Below are positions 36,798 through 39,096 of a stretch of 39,096 nucleotides of DNA, in pieces (the first letter of the stretch is position 1; the number at the start of each line of letters is the position of its first letter). The position numbers and the translations under genes are program-made. The DNA is from Chryseobacterium gleum (lineage in GTDB: Bacteria > Bacteroidota > Bacteroidia > Flavobacteriales_D > Crocinitomicaceae), in NCBI GenBank assembly GCA_945877045.1, contig CAMCQW010000001.1, positions 1 to 39,096 of the forward strand. Direction: 5' to 3'. The notes beneath the pieces are model-generated. The model was not told the DNA's origin, did no database searches, and saw only the letters and a list, made by a program, of their open reading frames with translations.

Positions 36798-36828
36798 AAG
36801 GCCGGTTCATTCCGGCCTTTTTTGTTTT
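36798..36828 (+). terminator. rho-independent terminator
   Basis: AAGGCCGG (36798..36805), loop TTCATT, then CCGGCCTT (36812..36819), followed by TTTTGTTTT. This is a perfect 8-bp GC-rich stem plus a T-tract, 20 nt after the stop of the 601-aa gene. Confidence 0.85.
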
Positions 36829-36833
36829 ATAAA

Positions 36834-37268
36834 ATGGGGACATTTGAATTAGGATATTTAGGGTTATTTATCACCTGCTTTTTAGCAGCTACGATTATTC
36901 CAATAGCATCTGAAGTATTCTTAATAGCGATGCTTTCTGCAGGATACGACCCAATCATCACCTTGTTTATTGCTACAACAGGAAACACCCTGGGAGGCTA
37001 TTTGAATTTTGGAATCGGGTACGTTGGAAAAACGGAGTGGTTAAAAAAGCTTCGTGTGAAACAAGAAACAATAGACTCTTGGAAAGGAGGAATACAAAAA
37101 TATGGTGCGTGGTTAGCCTTGCTTTCTTGGTTACCATTTATTGGTGACGTGATAGGTGTTGCCTTGGGATTTTTTAAGGCCTCCGTGTTTTGGTCATTTC
37201 TTTTTATGTTGATTGGAAAGTTTCTAAGGTATTTATGCATAGTTATCTTTTATCTATATGTTAACTAG
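36834..37268 (+). CDS. YqaA-like small DedA/SNARE-associated family membrane protein
   Basis: The ORF-track TTG (36822) lies in the terminator T-tract, so I prefer the ATG at 36834 (MGTFELGYLGLFITCFLAATIIPIASEVFL...TTGNTLGGYLNFGIGYVG). The product is ~144 aa with 4 hydrophobic helices, matching the YqaA pattern. Confidence 0.68.
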   Translation: MGTFELGYLGLFITCFLAATIIPIASEVFLIAMLSAGYDPIITLFIATTGNTLGGYLNFGIGYVGKTEWLKKLRVKQETIDSWKGGIQKYGAWLALLSWLPFIGDVIGVALGFFKASVFWSFLFMLIGKFLRYLCIVIFYLYVN

Positions 37269-38967
37269 ACAATTTTTGTTAAAGGGCCTTTTGTTTTTAA
37301 GTGTTTTGGTCTGCACGCTATTTCAGGTTGCAACAATTGAGCCCTATGCTACAGGCGATGGAATAGAATATACATTAACGACAGAAGCTTTTTATCGACA
37401 CGGTTCCGCTTCTATTCTTGAAAGTGATGCTAGCGATTTTAAAACAGCATATATCCGCAACAAGGCTTGGAGTGAAAATTATAAAGCAGCTGCATTTGAT
37501 ACTATTCACGCTTTTTTAAAAAACTCAATGGCACGTGAATACGGAGGGTTTTATCGAACAAAAAACGGTCAAAATTTCGGTTATCATTTTTCTTTTTATT
37601 CCCTAATCAATACTCCGGCGAGATGGCTAACTACCATCTTAGACATTAATCCACAATACACGTTTCAAATTACCAATTTTTTCCTTTTAGGCATAACTGG
37701 TTTTTTACTTCTTTTTTATTTTAAATTAGAAACTTGGCAATCTATCGGCTTGGTTTTGTTGGCTAATTTTTCTGCTGTATTTTACTATATAGCTTGGTCA
37801 CATCCAGAAATAATGACGGTTGTTCTCGTACTTCTTTCCCTGTTATTTCAAAGGGAAAAGAAATATGTATGGTCGATTTTGTTAATGACCCTCGCTAGTT
37901 TACAAAATCAACCGCTATTAATTTTATTGATTTGGCTAGTAATTTCAGCTGGATATAATGAAAAATGGAGAATAAAAAATTGGATTAGAATATCGTATCC
38001 AGCGTTTCTATTTTTTCTACCAAGTGCCTTTTATTTTTATTATTTCGGGACGACTAATCTGATAAAAGATGCCGGATATTTAGCGGTTTCAAATGTTACA
38101 TTTACACGATTTTTAGGCTTTTTCATTGATTTAAATCAGGGAATGATACTGAGCTTGAATTTACTTTTAGGCGTATATATAATTCTGCTTATAAATCGTT
38201 ATCGGAAGGTGTTCACTCATCAATTAAAATTGTGTCAAGACGACTTTCTTCCACCCCTTATTCTACTATTAACCTTTATTGTTTGCATGATGAGCAATTG
38301 GAATCACGGAATGGCTATTGTGAATCGCTATGCAATTTGGATAGGAATAATAATTGTTTATCATAGTATTGAGTTGTTTAGTGATTACGGATTAAAGTTA
38401 AAATCAAGTGTAATTTGTGTTGTTTTCGCGTTGCAATTTTTCTTTATAAAGATTCACAATCCATACAATAAGTTTGATTGGTGCAACATCGACCACTTGC
38501 CTTTTGCTAAATGGGCGCTTATGAATTACCCTCATCTCTACAATCCAGACCCCCAAATTTTTATTGCAAGAACCAGCAAGACATTTGATTTTTCCAAAAA
38601 CAATTCTCCTGTGTTTTACACAAAGAAAGAAAAGGGAAATATTGAAGTGTTAAAAGTAGCGGTTCATGAAGATGGCTTAACTGCTTTAAAGAATTATGGC
38701 TTAACGTTAAATCAAATAAACAATATAAAAACCCATTCATTTCCAATAGCTCACTGGCATTATATAAATGATATTTACGTACTCAAAAAAATTAATTTGG
38801 ATCAATTAAAATCGATTGGGGCAAAAAAAGAAATAGACCGAATTAAAAAAGCGATTTACAATAGTCCTCAATGGATAAATGAAATAACAAAGAAAGCAAA
38901 GCTTAAAAACATAAGTGTGGAGGAGCAAATAAATGCGGATGCTCTTTATGTTTATCAGAATGAGTGA
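37258..38967 (+). CDS. polytopic membrane protein, possibly a GT-C-fold glycosyltransferase, with a ~170-aa C-terminal soluble domain
   Basis: 569-aa ORF with about 11-13 hydrophobic segments and an acidic first loop (ATGDGIEYTL) after TM1. It overlaps the yqaA-like gene by 11 nt. The functional call is inference only. Confidence 0.45.
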   Translation: MLTRQFLLKGLLFLSVLVCTLFQVATIEPYATGDGIEYTLTTEAFYRHGSASILESDASDFKTAYIRNKAWSENYKAAAFDTIHAFLKNSMAREYGGFYRTKNGQNFGYHFSFYSLINTPARWLTTILDINPQYTFQITNFFLLGITGFLLLFYFKLETWQSIGLVLLANFSAVFYYIAWSHPEIMTVVLVLLSLLFQREKKYVWSILLMTLASLQNQPLLILLIWLVISAGYNEKWRIKNWIRISYPAFLFFLPSAFYFYYFGTTNLIKDAGYLAVSNVTFTRFLGFFIDLNQGMILSLNLLLGVYIILLINRYRKVFTHQLKLCQDDFLPPLILLLTFIVCMMSNWNHGMAIVNRYAIWIGIIIVYHSIELFSDYGLKLKSSVICVVFALQFFFIKIHNPYNKFDWCNIDHLPFAKWALMNYPHLYNPDPQIFIARTSKTFDFSKNNSPVFYTKKEKGNIEVLKVAVHEDGLTALKNYGLTLNQINNIKTHSFPIAHWHYINDIYVLKKINLDQLKSIGAKKEIDRIKKAIYNSPQWINEITKKAKLKNISVEEQINADALYVYQNE

Positions 38968-39096
38968 TCACTTTTGAAGAAAAGGAATTAATCTCCCATT
39001 TCTATCCACCCAATAACCATTTTTTGCTGTTTTTAAAAGCACATCATCGTCTTTATTGTCACTATAAGCAGCAATTAGTTCAAAATCAGGAAACGC
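38968..39096 (-). CDS. C-terminal 42 codons of a gene running off the right edge (possibly a HAD-IB-type hydrolase)
   Basis: Hand translation of the minus strand gives AFPDFELIAAYSDNKDDDVLLKTAKNGYWVDRNGRLIPFLQK*, with the stop at 38968..38970 directly abutting the + strand stop at 38965..38967. The YSDxxxDxxLL segment resembles HAD motif IV. Weak evidence. Confidence 0.35.
   Translation of the reverse strand, partial: AFPDFELIAAYSDNKDDDVLLKTAKNGYWVDRNGRLIPFLQK

Noticed and set aside
1-39096. Searched by eye for tRNA/rRNA genes, CRISPR repeat-spacer arrays, IS/transposase or integrase genes, and defence-type gene clusters.
   Set aside because: No T-arm-like GGTTCGAATCC-type motif occurs in any intergenic spacer. 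No repeat array is longer than three short units. Every long ORF has a housekeeping, envelope or secreted-protein assignment. The window looks like core chromosome, not an accessory island.

Overview
This 39.1-kb, low-GC window is densely packed and mostly housekeeping. It looks like chromosomal core DNA of a Bacteroidota (Flavobacteriia-like) organism. Three lines of evidence support that placement: three proteins carry C-terminal T9SS sorting domains; perfect TAnnTTTG '-7' promoter boxes precede many genes; and the truB-uppP-DUF3098-ftsX arrangement and long-form IspG are typical of the phylum. I support 29 protein-coding genes, two of them truncated at the window edges. Recognisable ones are truB, uppP, ftsX, ispG, udk, hemW, rpiB, ybeY, mnmG, ftsE, a PIN-PhoH (PhoH2) ATPase, an S41 peptidase, a methionine/glutamine aminotransferase plus omega-amidase pair, and a 2-hydroxyacid dehydrogenase. 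I found no rRNA, tRNA, CRISPR array, transposase, integrase or obvious defence/mobile island. I therefore do not claim a clear novel system. The stretches most worth a second look are: (1) two copies of a perfect 14-bp palindrome joining the ybeY stop to the mnmG start; (2) a 602-bp, ~20% G+C ORF-free spacer between rpiB and a 1114-aa membrane-anchored coiled-coil protein; (3) that giant protein followed by an orphan RsbW-like ATPase translationally coupled to ybeY; (4) a 1197-aa orphan sensor kinase coupled to udk; (5) a translationally coupled TPR-protein/574-aa beta-barrel pair; (6) a secreted CxxC thioredoxin-fold protein just upstream of a Cys-rich T9SS lysyl-endopeptidase-like protease; (7) a YqaA/DedA-like protein overlapping a GT-C-like polytopic membrane protein; (8) multidomain T9SS cargo, namely a peptidoglycan amidase with a CUB-like domain and a 601-aa protein of unknown function. 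All family assignments come from motifs read by eye and need HMM or structure confirmation.
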